Assembly: GCA_051294375.1 (NCBI GenBank)
Contig: CM119270.1
Span: 9,059,986-9,123,985, forward strand
Length of the DNA: 64,000 nucleotides
Direction of reading: 5' to 3'
From: Paraspadella gotoi
Lineage: Eukaryota; Animalia; Chaetognatha
Part shown: positions 28,302 to 40,463 of the stretch, piece after piece
Numbering within the stretch: the first letter of the stretch is position 1
Layout: every line of letters begins with the position of its first letter
Notes under the pieces: generated by a model
Seen by the model: the letters and a program-made list of their open reading frames with translations, nothing else
Told to the model about the DNA's origin: nothing
Databases searched by the model: none
Position numbers and translations under genes: made by a program

Positions 28302-28749
28302 TGTGGCACGGACATTCGAGTTATTTAACGGCGTGATAAGGTCCGTGACACAATCGTGACGCGTTGCTAAGTGACGTTGGCGACGTAGCTATTAAGCGTA
28401 GCGAGTCACGTGACGCAGGCGAAAATGGAGTCACTTGTTCAATTAGATTCTTTCTTTTTGATTTGATTTAATACAACACTTTTGAGTTTATTCTCTTGTA
28501 TAAATGTACTTTCTTACATTAGAGAGAATTCAAATAAAAACATAGTTTGTAAATGTTCACTTAACATTTATTAATTTAATAGGATGAAATCGAATGAGGC
28601 AAAGTGATTACAAGTGAGGTTGAGATCCGACTGAACTTGATTTGGTTCACATGTCAAAGAAAGCGGTCAATTAACAATCAGATGTGAAACCGGCTAGAAC
28701 TCCGGTGGTCAATTAGTGAACCAAGAGTTAGGTCACTCGAAAGGCCGCA
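28302..28749 (-). repeat. 3' LTR
   Basis: Begins TGCGGCC right after the PPT and ends GCCACA on the - strand. Near identical to 39421-39868. Confidence 0.92.
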
Positions 28750-28937
28750 TCCCCCCTTGTTGATATTTGGATTACTAATATCAATATAACGATTTCTGTG
28801 GTCTATCGAGTTTGTAAAACATTAACAATTCAATAAGGTATATACATCTATATACATTTAGAGTTAAAAAGAAATTAACAATTAGTAAAGAATTCAAAAC
28901 GAAAGGTAACAAGAAAAATTAAATAATAATGGTCGGG

Positions 28938-31900
28938 CTATTGGGATTCATCAATTGCCGTTTTCCCTTTGTTGACGTTGCAAAACTTCTTTAAGGACTT
29001 CTGCGTAAGTCGGACGAAATTGTTTATTTTCTGATTTGTTGTTGTTGTTCTCCCGCTTCGAGCCTGTAGAAAGCGAGCGTGGAGGGCGTGGAACGGGGGA
29101 AGATGGGAGCAAAATTGACAAAGGTGGTGCATGGGGGAAGAGGGAAGGTGGGGTATGTTGGGGAAGAGGAGGAGTCGGGGGAGGAGGAGGAGGGGAGGAG
29201 GAGGAGGAGAAAGAGGAGGACGAGTGATTGAATCGAGCGTCGATGTGCGTTGAGTTGTCGATCGTGTCGTTCTCGTCATTGGGGCCGGAGCGCGGGGTCG
29301 TAGACCGGGTCGCCGAACTGGAGGGCGACGAGGATGTTGGAGCGAGTCTTCAGAAGGAGGAGGAGGAGGAGGAGGAGGAGGGAGGATCAGGCGCTGATGC
29401 GCGTTGAGCTGCTGATTCTCGTCGTCTCGTTGTTGGAGCTGGAGCACGGGTTCGTGGACCGGGTCGACGACCTGGAGGGCGCCGAGGATGCTGCAGCGGT
29501 TCCTCAACGTCCACTTCCTCCTCGCTTACTTGAGCTGGCTTTGCCCTCGCGATGTTGATTACCTCACGTCCGCTGCTAGGAATTTCCACTGTGAGGTTGA
29601 GTCCATTCGGTTGACGACGCGGTACGGGCCCATATATGGCGCTACGAGCATTGGCTGTACGCCCTCGCGTCGTACAAAGACATATTGGGCGGTTGCTAAA
29701 TCGCTTGGAATGTGGACGTTCGGCTGTTGATGAGCCGATGTTGGTGTTGTTGCAATCTCGCAACTTCGACGCGGAGCTTTGCCAATTGGGTTCGACGCTG
29801 CTGCTGAAGCGGCTGCGTCGTCAAGCTCTGGGCGTCGTCGACGATGCACCCGGGACGTTGATGCCTCGCCAAATACAAGGTCGGCGGCGGAAGCACCTAT
29901 ATCTTCCTTGATGGTTGTTCGTATGGCGAGTAAGGTCATTGGGAGTTTCCAATACCAGTTTTCTCGTTCATTGCTTCCCAACGCCAACAGGATTCTTTCA
30001 TCCGGCGGTGGAATCGTTCCACTAACCCGTTCGCTTGTGGATGGTAAGCTGTTGTCTGTTGGTGCTTTATGCCCATTGCTTCGTTAGTTGGCGCCAGAGT
30101 GCTGAATTAAATTGGGTGCCCGATCTGTGGTTATGATTGACGGAGTGCCGAACGTGCTGATCCACTGATGACTCAAAGCATCGAGAATTGTCGACGTGAG
30201 CGTGTCTTGTATAGGGATTGCAGCAGGCCAACGCGAGAACCTGTCGACGATTGTCAACAAGTTTGAATAGCCGTTGGATGAGGGCATCTTCACAAGATCG
30301 AGGTTTATGTGTTGGAAGCGTCTCGCGGGAATTTTAAATTCTCCTATTTCGGGAATGGTGTGGCGGGTAACCTTTGCCCGTTGGCAGTCAAGGCATTCTC
30401 GTGCCCAACGGGTAACGTCCTGTCTCATGCTCGTCCACACGAACTTCACTGCGACGGCTTTGCGGGTGGCGTCGACTCCAGGATGCCCCAGGCCCCACAA
30501 TGTCGAATATTCGCCGACACCATGATGCCGGAACGAACGGTCCGAGCGGGACCATTGGAGATGTCGACGAGGAGTTCTTTTTCAACCGACTTGGATTTTT
30601 CGAAAGTGAAGTCCGGACCTGGCGTCCTCGGCGATTCGCATATAGTCGGGGTCGAGGACTTGTTCGCTGGCCATCCTCTCGAAAGTCGATCTCGAAAGTG
30701 GTCAGCGCTGCGATGAGGGCGTTGGCGTCTTCCAATCGGTCCGTCTTGAGAGTTTGTTCTGAGCTTGACGTTTTCGTTTCGGTTTCTTTGTCTTCTTGTC
30801 GCCGTTCGGAGTCTTTGTTGCGGTCGTCGACGATCGTCTCTTTTCGTCGTCGTGTCGTCAATGTTGTCGGTTTCCAACGTCTTTTGTCGCCGTTTCGTCG
30901 TTCGTCGGCGGCTTTGACAGGTTAGTCGGTCCATCCTTTGTGTTGCTTGAAGTGGGTGGCGACGTTGACGGGGCATTTGGGCGCGATAGAGCGTCCGCGA
31001 CTACGTTTGCTTTGCCCTTCAAGTAACGATATCGGTTGTGAATTCAGCAATTACGGAGAGCTGATACGATTGAACGTATTGTCTGCGGCTCCGATTTCTT
31101 TTGAATTGCTGTGACTAGACTCTGATGGTCAGTGTAGATTGTAAAGGCTCTGCCTTCCACCAGTGCTTGAAGTGACGTACGGCCTTGAAGCGCCAAATAA
31201 TTCCTTGTCAAAACGGCGGCCAAAGTTTTTGGTTTTTGGCGAGCTTGGCCGAGAAAAAGGCCAGAGGCTCCCATCCTTTTGGGCCGCGTTGTTCAGGACC
31301 GCGCCAACTGCGTTGTCGGAAGCGTCCGGTGGTTATGCATAGTTGGGCGTTTGTGCGGGGGTGATGGAGTAGTGCCGCTTGTATTAGGCCTTCCTTTATC
31401 GCCTCGAAAGCTTGCTCACACTTGTCGGTCCACTCCAGAGTCTTGGGTCGGCCGCGTTAAAGGCGTCATAGAGGGCGGCAACATCGATGTGCGACTTTCG
31501 GGATAAAGCGGCGATAATAGTTTATCATGCCTAAAAAAAGCGTTGGAGCTCCTTAATTGTCGTTGGCCTAGTTGTTTCGCGGAGGTCGTTTTGACACGTT
31601 CCGGGAGTGGTCTGACGCCGTTTTTTGTTCGACTAAGAACGCGAGGAATTCTAACGAGTCGCGGCCGAGTTGACATTTTTCTCGTATTGACGACCAGTCC
31701 GTTGGCGTCTAAAGCCTTAAAGACCCGATTCAAATCCTCTAGATGTCCGCAGGTGATGACGAGGCCCACGAGTATATCGTCGAGATATACAAAGGTGTGA
31801 GGGATGTCTCCCAATATCTCGTCCATCAACCTTTGAAGTCTTGGCCCGCATTCTTCAGGCCAAACGGGCAGCGCGGAAAGACATAAAGGCCAAATGGGGT

Positions 31901-33856
31901 TATGAACTGCTGTCTTCTTTATGTCATCCGGTGTGACAGGGATCTGGTGGTATCCCTTTAGAAGGTCAATTTTCGAAAAAATTGTTTACCTTCTAATTGT
32001 GAATTGAAATCTGTTAAGAGTTTCACAGGGTAGCGATCATCGATTGTCTGAGCGTTTTTAATCCGGCGGTAGTCGCCACAGCATCGCCACCCTCCATCTG
32101 GTTTCGAGACCACGTGGAGGGCGAGGACCATTCAGACTTGCCCGTTTGGCGATTCCTAGAGAAACCATTTTCTCAAGTTCTCTCTTTGCGACAGCAAGTT
32201 TTTCCGCGTCAAGTCGACGTGCTCTGGATTGACATGGCCGACCTTCGGTTGGAATCGAATGGGTAACTCCATGTCGAGGCTCCTTTAGCTGAAAAGTCGG
32301 CGTTCGAGAGGGAGGGGAAAGACTCGAGTAACTTGTAGAATTTTTTCGCCGTTTCTGTCTACAAAATTAACGTGAGCGGCCGTTTCAGACGATGTTGAAG
32401 CTTGCAATCGTTGAATAGTCGCGGAGGTCTAAGAGAAGGCCGTCGCGATGATTGGCGCTAAATTAATTTTCAGCGAGGAAGTCGGCGCCTAGTATATTTT
32501 GCTTGACGTCGGCGACTATGAATTCATAGCTGAACTTCCTATTTCCCAGCTGCACAGTCCTCTCCGTTGTTCCATAACAATCTATAGACGTCCCGTTGGC
32601 CGCTTGTAGTTTAATTTGTGGATCTGGCCCTCCGTTGCGCTGCTGCGCAGTTGGAGGTATTATTGACAGCAAGGCGCCGCCATCTACAAGCCACTTAGTG
32701 CGATCCCCGGCGTCCCTGATCTAGAGCAAATCGTTGGAACCGGTGATTGTTTCGATGAGTGGGGACGGCGTTCACCGGCGTCGGCCCCCCTTGAAGTTTC
32801 CCTCGCGCTTTTTCTGGGATTCCTCGTACCTTGCGCACCCCGGGTCGCAAGACCACGCCTCATCGCCAAATTTAATGTGCTTTGCGCAGAGAGTGGTAAG
32901 CTTTGGCTTGCTTTTTCCTTTTGGCGCCGGGTTTTGACGTTTTTTGTTGAAGGCGTGTTTGCGTGGATGGCGGTCCGACTGCGTTGACGGCGTCTTCTTC
33001 TACCGAGTCGGAATCGTCGTGATCTTGATCTCTGGCGACGTTGTTGATCATCGAGGAGGTTTGACGGATCTTTAAATTGCCGTCGTTGTCGTAGTGATGA
33101 TCGGCGAGTTTGCAGAGCTGACTGGCGGTCAAATCGTCCGCCTTTTCCTCCAGTTGGCGTCGAATCTCGTTTGGCAGCTCTCTCAGGATTTTCTCCTTTC
33201 GCACCGTCGTCAAGGGTCAAAGTCTTAGTTTTTTCCTCCAGCTGCGCGAGGATTTTTTGATGGCTTTGAACCGTCGGCGTCGAGAGCGTCGAGAATATTC
33301 GCCGCCTGCTGTCGACGCGTGAGGCCATATTCGCTTGCGTAAATACTGGATGAACTCATTCAAGTGCTTTCTGTCGTTTCCCCAAATAGGAATTGATTTA
33401 TCTTGGGGTCGACGTTGATTCCTATTTTCGACTCCAGATGAGCAAACTTGCTCTTTGGAGCAACGATTCCGGCGCGCGTATACGCCGCTTCCACACGCTT
33501 AATCCAGATCTCGATGTTACTCACGTCGAAATCTGGGAGGTCGGGTTTGCGATTGGATGCGCGTTCCAACGCGCGAGTCGCGGCGGCGGCAAGGGCGGCG
33601 CGCAGTTCCATATTTTCGTCGCGAAGATCTTGTCCAGCGGCGCAGCGGTCGCCATGTCGGCGTCCTCGAAGTTTCCGGCGTTCGTCGCCGGGAATTCGAA
33701 ATTGGGCGCGGCGTCAGCAAAGATGGGTGACGTCGATCGCGATCTTGTTCCTCGTCCGAAACCGACCGGAACCTGGAGTCGCGCCGCCTCGCCGCGCTGC
33801 TCCTCTGTGTCGCGTTGGGCCGAGCGGAGGCGCGAGCGAAGGTCTGGGCCGTTCAT
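28938..33856 (-). pseudogene. gag-pol polyprotein, frameshifted in this assembly
   Basis: ORF fragments 33360-33611 (gag), 32463-32672 (protease), 31416-31829 (RT), 31044-31274 (RNase H), 30084-30500 and 29559-29987 (integrase). The many single-base indels differ between the two assembled copies, which suggests read error. Confidence 0.85.
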
Positions 33857-34037
33857 CGACTGTGTTGTTGGCTCCGTAGAGGCGTAGTTGAGCGGAAAAA
33901 GAAGAAGAGAGAGAGTGTGAGCGGATTGAGCGCTTCACTTAATTTCAATATTTCGCTCAATCTTACCTAGGAAAAGTTGCATTCCGCTGTCTTCTCTCGT
34001 TTGAAGGTTGGTAGGTTTGTCGTTGGGGCTCACCAAG

Positions 34038-35009
34038 TGTGGCACGGACATTCGAGTTATTTAACGGCGTGATTAAGGTCCGTGACACAATCGTGACGCG
34101 TTGCTAAGTGACTGGGGACGTAGCTATTAAGCGTAGCGAGTCACGTGACGCAGGAAAATGGAGTCACTTGTTCAATTAGATTCTTTCTTTTTGATTTGAT
34201 TTAATACAACACTTTTGAGTTTATTTCTCTTGTATAAATGTACTTTCTTACATTAAGAGAATCAAATAAAAACATAGTTTGTAAATGTTCACTTAACATT
34301 TATTAATTTAATAGGATGAAATCGAATGAGGCAAAGTGATTACAAGTGAGGTTGAGATCCGACTGAACTTGATTTGGTTCACATGTCAAAAGAAAGCGGT
34401 CAATTTACTATCAGGAAAGTTAGAACATTTTAATGAGGATATCTACTCGAAAACTTGCTCGATTTTTAAAAATCAGGATGTTCAGATTTTACACTAAATT
34501 TCTTTCAGTTGCTTCTTCATTTTTCGAGATCCAACGTATAGAATTAGAGAAAATAAGATTGCTACCTCAAGTGAAAAATGCGAAAAAATCGCCTTTAGTT
34601 TCCCAATCTTGGTATTGAGTTATTTGTTCTATTTCAATTGAGTTAGTTATTTTTTCATTTTTTAAATTGGTTATGCCGATAGACAGCCCTCCTTTGTTCA
34701 TAAAGAGGAAAGACGCAAAATTCTCAGCAATAGACTTGGAATCTCCGTTCCACCATTGCAAATTTTACGCGATACAACAAACAACAATACCTCAATTCGC
34801 TTACAGAGATGCCAGACGAATGCAGCAGTGTCGATGCGAGGGCATACCAAATATGAGAATGTTTTACCATGTTTGTATATTTTTTATGAATAAATGAACT
34901 TTAAAAAAATGTCTAACTTTTTTCCTAGATAGTAACAATCAGATGTGAACCGGCTAGAACTCCGGTGGTCAATTAGTGAACCAAGAGTTAGGTCACTCGA
35001 AAGGCCGCA
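34038..35009 (-). repeat. 5' LTR interrupted by a MITE
   Basis: Matches the 3' LTR on both sides of a 525-bp insertion at GGTCAAT-TA-ACAATC. Confidence 0.9.
34408..34932. mobile_element. MITE (CTATCTAGGAAAAAAGT TIR family) nested in the 5' LTR
   Basis: TA-CTATC(T)AGGAAAGTTAG ... CTAACTTTTTTCCTAGATAG-TA. The empty site is seen at 28671-28676 and 39791-39796. Confidence 0.88.
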
Positions 35010-35601
35010 GAAAGACGCTGAAATGGACCCGGATTTTGTCAGGAAATTGTAGATGATTAAGTAGGCGGCGTTAAGCAAGGAATCGACGATGGCCAAGAAG
35101 TAGTTCAAGTTGCGGCTTTTGGTGACGATGCCGACGTCGTCGCCGCCGCCGCTCCCGAACAAAAACTCGGGTTGCTTCATCATAACAACGCGCCAACGAC
35201 GAGAAAGAGCGCGGCGACTTGGATCTTGGACGGCCAGCGCCGTCGCAGCCCTGCGCTACACACGGACGTCCATACGACGCTCAAATTGAGGAGCGTGACC
35301 GCCTCGCTCGTCGGAAGGCCACGAACGCAGTAGAAATTGAGAAGGCGACAAATGATCTCCATCAACGGCGCCGCGAGGACGCCGAGGCGGACAAGCAGCG
35401 TGGCGTTGGGCCGAGGAAAGGAGAATGTCGGAAGCGGACGGCCAAGGGAAGGGAGATGGCGAAGGAGGAGACGGCGAGGGGAAGGAAGTAGACGGCCACG
35501 CTGTAGGGACGCATCGTCTCCAGTAGAGCGATCAAAAGGTATAAGTAGCTCCAGCAAAGTGGAATAAGGATTAGGGTGGGGAGAGATGGTAGAACCTCCA
35601 T
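35010..35601 (-). pseudogene. SLC35G/EamA transporter gene, 5' half (copy 1, with indels)
   Basis: MEVLPSLPTL... start at 35601. Same sequence as the clean ORF at 39852-40463 apart from single-base indels. Confidence 0.8.
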
Positions 35602-36221
35602 TAAGACGATTTTTGCTCCAGGGTGAATAAGAAAAAATTGACTATAGTGTTGAGATTCGCGTCAAGAAAAGGAAACGATGAATTTTTTTAGGAACAAGTT
35701 TCTTGAACCAAGCATGTAATAATTGTAATTACCTGTTTTTCTCGTTGTCGACCTCGATTTTTCCTGCGGCGAGATTTAATACCGGTCGCTGTTTGAATGT
35801 CGGTGCCGAGATCAACATTGAGCCTTCTTTGGGCTTTTATTCTTTGATATACTGAAACGAAAAAAATAACGTAGAGATATAAATTTTCAAATTTTCAAAT
35901 TTTCAAGTAAGCGCAAAGCAGTTTTGCAGAAATTTTAAAAGTAATGTCCAGCAGGGATAATTATGTTCGTAATAAAGGTTTTCACTATTTTCCGAAAGTG
36001 CCCCATTTCTGTTAGTAATCCCAGAAGTTAATTTATCCTAAATTTTTTTACCTTAATTCCCTAAACCATAATCTTTATCCATTCTTAACCTTAATCACTA
36101 ACCGTACTCATAATCCTCAAATATAAAATTATACTTAATTCTAAATTTATGCTGAAAATAAAATATTAGATTTACAAAGTGTAGGGTTTATTATTGAACA
36201 ACGATTTTACAAATTAGATTT

Positions 36222-36258
36222 GGACATTTTTCGGTCTTTGTTCAAATCTTCATCAGCG
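36222..36258 (-). ncRNA. Degenerate hammerhead-like motif (duplicated at about 41083-41121)
   Basis: - strand: CG-CTGATGA-AGATTTGAACAAAGAC-CGAAA-AATGTC, followed by the family tail AAAATCGTTGT. Stem II is imperfect. Confidence 0.4.
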
Positions 36259-36786
36259 CATTTTTTGACAAATTTTGAGATTTGAGAAAATAAATAGATA
36301 TTAAAAAAAAAAAAATCGTTACCAAAACCGCCCTTTGTTAGTTTTTTTTTTAATAGTAAATGAAATCTCACTGTGAATTTTTTAATTCACAGTAACCTCA
36401 TAATGAGATTTTATTTACTATTAAATATATTTTTTCGCGGGTTGTTTTCTTTGACAACGTTAACCTTAACCTTAACCGGCGGAACATGGTTGGATAAGAA
36501 AACCATAAAAACTACTTATAACTTCAAGGGCAACAGCTCAGACGTTAAGTATTAAGTAATGAGACGCATAAATATTTATCACTTGTCTTTCTTCGGAGTT
36601 CTGGAATACAAATTACGATCTTCTTTTGAACATTCCAAATCTATTTGTACTAAAACCCTAAACTTTAAATAATTTTTTAAATTTTTTTTAATTAAAAAAA
36701 TATTATTTATAGAAAATTATAATTTGGGTTCAACCAAACAGAAGTAAAACTTATTTTTATCTCTAATTCACTTTCTTTTACCACTG

Positions 36787-36829
<43 letters not shown>

Positions 36830-36951
36830 TTTTATTTTCTCTCTCTCGCTCTTTATCTCTCTCTCTCTCTCTCTCTTTCACTCTCTTTTTTTTCTCTCTC
36901 TCGCTATTTTTCTTTCTCTCTCTCACTCTCTCTCTCTCTCTCTTTTTTTTT

Positions 36952-37086
<135 letters not shown>

Positions 37087-37681
37087 CCCCTTTTTGAAAC
37101 GTCTAAGTTTTTTTATGATTTGCAAGAAACTATGACCCTCAGCATCTCTTTCTTTAAACAAAAAACTTCAGATGATTTCGTTTTAAATCCTTTTAATTTT
37201 TTAGTAATTAAACCAATATTTTAGGTAAAATCCTTATCGTCTATCAAACATAAAAATTTAAGCAATTAATAAAAATAATTATAAAAAAGAGCATCACTTC
37301 AACCAAAAATGACGACGACGACGACGACGAAGGAAGGAGCGGTGGAGGCGCCCTCTGACGACCCGAACGTCGTCGCAGAGCTCGCCCCCGCGTCCTCTGG
37401 CGGGACGGCCTCTTCCTTTCTCTATCACATGATGAAGAAGCAAATGGGCGACGCTTTCATATTGGGAAAGGATTGGGCCAAAGGTGGGTGGGGAATGGGG
37501 AGTGGGGCGAGAGGGCGAGGGGGCGAGGGGGCGGAGAAATGGGGAAAAGGATCGAGGAATTGAGGAGAAAAAGGAGATTGAAAATTGTTAGGGGGCGAAA
37601 TGTTTTATTTGTCAATGAATTAATATTCAAATGAATAAAAGTCCGATGATGAATCTTCACGAAAGTTTCTTCCGACAAATG

Positions 37682-37706
37682 NNNNNNNNNNNNNNNNNNN
37701 NNNNNN
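37682..37706. other. Assembly gap (25 N)
   Basis: Run of N bases. Confidence 1.
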
Positions 37707-39420
37707 GAAAGACTCGAGTAACTTGTAGAATTTTCGCCGTTTCTGTCTACAAAATTAAGTGAGCGGCCTTTTCAGACGATGTTGAAGCTTGCAATCGTTG
37801 AATAGTCGCGGAGGTCTAAGAGAAGGGCCGTCGCGATGATTGGCGCTAAATAATTTTCAGCGAGGAAGTCGGCGCCTAGTATATTTTGCTTGACGTCGGC
37901 GACTATGAAATTCATAGCTGAATTCCTATTTCCCAGCTGCACAGTCCTCTCCGTTGTTCCATAACAATCTATAGACGTCCCGTTGGCCGCTTGTAGTTTA
38001 ATTTGTGGATCTGGCCCTCCGTTGCGCTGCTGCGCAGTTGGAGGTATTATTGACAGCAAGGCGCCGCCATCTACAAGCCACTTAGTGCGATCCCCGGCGT
38101 CCCTGATGTAGAGCAAATCGTTTGGAACCGGTGATTGTTTCGATGAGTGGGGACGGCGTTCACCGGCGTCGGCCCCCCTGAAGTTTCCCTCGCGCTTTTC
38201 TGGGATTCCTCGTACCTTGCGCACCCCGGGTCGCAAGACCACGCCTCATCGCCAAATTTAATGTGCTTTGCGCAGAGAGTGGTAAGCTTTGGCTTGCTTT
38301 TTCCTTTGGCGCCGGGTTTTGACGTTTTTTGTTGAAGGCGTGTTTGCGTGGATGGCGGTCCGACTGCGTTGACGGCGTCTTCTTCTACCGAGTCGGAATC
38401 GTCGTGATCTTGATCTCTGGCGACGTTGTTGATCATCGAGGAGGTTTGACGGATCTTTAAATTGCCGTCGTTGTCGTAGTGATGATCGGCGAGTTTGCAG
38501 AGCTGACTTGGCGGTCAAATCGTCCGCCTTTTCCTCCAGTTGGCGTCGAATCTCGTTTGGCAGCTCTCTCAGGATTTTCTCCTTCGCACGTCGTCAAGGT
38601 CAAAGTCTTAGTTTTTTCCTCCAGCTGCCGAGGATTTTTGATGGCTTTGAACCGTCGGCGTCGAGAGCGTCGAGAATATTCGCCGCCTGCTGTCGACGCG
38701 TGAGGCCATATTCGCTGCGTAAATACTGGATGAACTCATTCAAGTGCTTTCTGTCGTTTCCCCAAATAGGAATTGATTTATCTTGGGGTCGACGTTGATT
38801 CCTATTTTCGACTCCAGATGAGCAAACTTGCTCTTTGGAGCAACGATTCCGGCGCGCGTATACGCCGCTTCCACACGCTTAATCCAGATCTCGATGTTAC
38901 TCACGTCGAAATCTGGGAGGTCGGGTTTGCGATTGGATGCGCGTTCCAACGCGCGAGTCGCGCCGGCAAGGGCGGCGCGCAGTTCCATATTTTCGTCGCG
39001 AAGATCTTGTCCAGCGGCGCCGCGGTCGCCATGTCGGCGTCCTCGAAGTGTTCCGGCGTTCGTCGCCGGGAATTCGAAATTGGGCGCGGCGTCAGCAAAG
39101 ATGGGTGACGTCGATCGCGATCTTTGTCCTCGTGTCCGAAACCGACCGGAACCTGGAGTCGCGCCGCCTCGCCGCGCCTGCTCCTCTGTGTCGCGTTGGG
39201 CCGAGCGGAGGCGCGAGCGAAGGTCTGGGCCGTTCATCGACTGTGTTGTTGGCTCCGTAGAGGCGTAGTTGAGCGGAAAAAGAAGAAAGAGAGAGAGTGT
39301 GAGCGGATTGAGCGCTTCACTTAATTTCAATATTTCGCTCAATCTTACCTAGGAAAAGGTTGCATTCCGCTGTCCTCTCTCGTTTTGAAGGTTGGTAGGT
39401 TTGTCGTTGGGCTCACCAAG

Positions 39421-39868
39421 TGTGGCACGGACATTCGAGTTATTTAACGGCGTGATTAAGGTCCGTGACACAATCGTGACGCGTTGCTAAGTGACGTGGC
39501 GACGTAGCTATTAAGCGTAGCGAGTCACGTGACGCAGGGAAAATGGAGTCACTTGTTCAATTAGATTCTTTCTTTTTGATTTGATTTAATACAACACTTT
39601 TGAGTTTATTTCTCTTTTATAAATGTACTTTCTTACATTAGAGAGAATTCAAATAAAAACATAGTTTGTAAATGTTCACTTAACATTTATTAATTTAATA
39701 GGATGAAATCGAATGAGGCAAAGTGATTACAAGTGAGGTTGAGATCCGACTGAACTTGATTTGGTTCACATGTCAAAAGAAAGCGGTCAATTAACAATCA
39801 GATGTGAAACCGCTAGAACTCCGGTGGTCAATTAGTGAACCAAGAGTTAGGTCACTCGAAAGGCCGCA
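39421..39868 (-). repeat. 5' LTR, second copy, without the MITE
   Basis: 448 bp, PBS adjacent at 39405-39418, near identical to 28302-28749. Confidence 0.92.
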
Positions 39869-40463
39869 GAAAGACGCTGAAATGGACCCCGGATTTTGTC
39901 AGGAAATTGTAGATGATTAAGTAGGCGGCGTTAAGCAAGGAATCGACGATGGCCAAGAAGTAGTTCAAGTTGCGGCTTTTGGTGACGATGCCGACGTCGT
40001 CGCCGCCGCCGCTCCCGAACAAAAACTCGGGTTGCTTCATCATAACAACGCCGCCAACGACGAGAAAGAGCGCGGCGACTTGGATCTTGGACGGCCAGCG
40101 CCGTCGCAGCCCTGCGCTACACACGGACGTCCATACGACGCTCAAATTGAGGAGCGTGACCGCCTCGCTCGTCGGAAGGCCACGAACGCAGTAGAAATTG
40201 AGAAGGCGACAAATGATCTCCATCAACGGCGCCGCGAGGACGCCGAGGCGGACAAGCAGCGTGGCGTTGGGGCCGAGGAAAGGAGAATGTCGGAAGCGGA
40301 CGGCCAAGGGAAGGGAGATGGCGAAGGAGGAGACGGCGAGGGGAAGGAAGTAGACGGCCACGCTGTAGGGACGCATCGTCTCCAGTAGAGCGATCAAAAG
40401 GTATAAGTAGCTCCAGCAAAGTGGAATAAGGATTAGGGTGGGGAGAGATGGTAGAACCTCCAT
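39852..40463 (-). CDS. SLC35G/EamA transporter 5' half (198 codons) reading 5 codons into the LTR
   Basis: Multi-TM ORF with LPTSEAVTLLNLSVVWTSV and GVVMMKQPEFLFG motifs characteristic of SLC35G-like EamA proteins; no introns. Confidence 0.8.
   Translation of the reverse strand: MEVLPSLPTLILIPLCWSYLYLLIALLETMRPYSVAVYFLPLAVSSFAISLPLAVRFRHSPFLGPNATLLVRLGVLAAPLMEIICRLLNFYCVRGLPTSEAVTLLNLSVVWTSVCSAGLRRRWPSKIQVAALFLVVGGVVMMKQPEFLFGSGGGDDVGIVTKSRNLNYFLAIVDSLLNAAYLIIYNFLTKSGVHFSVFLRPFE

Larger units (their letters stand above)
28302..35009 (-). mobile_element. Full-length Ty3/Gypsy LTR retrotransposon, CsRN1/Kabuki/Boudicca-like clade
   Basis: 448-bp TG...CA LTRs; PBS TGGTGAGCCC(C)AACG (tRNA-Trp-like) at 34020-34035; PPT AGGGGGGA at 28750-28757; gag CHCC knuckle CAKH-x9-C-x3-C; protease WLVDGGA; RT YLDD; RNase H FTIYTDH; integrase HPG..CxxC, DRFSRW and GPY motifs in PR-RT-RH-IN order; flanks GAAG / GAAAG. 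Confidence 0.95.

Noticed and set aside
29559-33856. Programmed frameshifting or heavy decay of gag-pol
   Set aside because: In the duplicated part the indels fall at different positions in the two copies, and the LTRs are near identical. Sequencing error is the simplest explanation.
37309-37563. Apparent separate small gene or DLEC1 paralogue
   Set aside because: Duplicate of DLEC1 exon 1 at the contig end; most likely the other haplotype.
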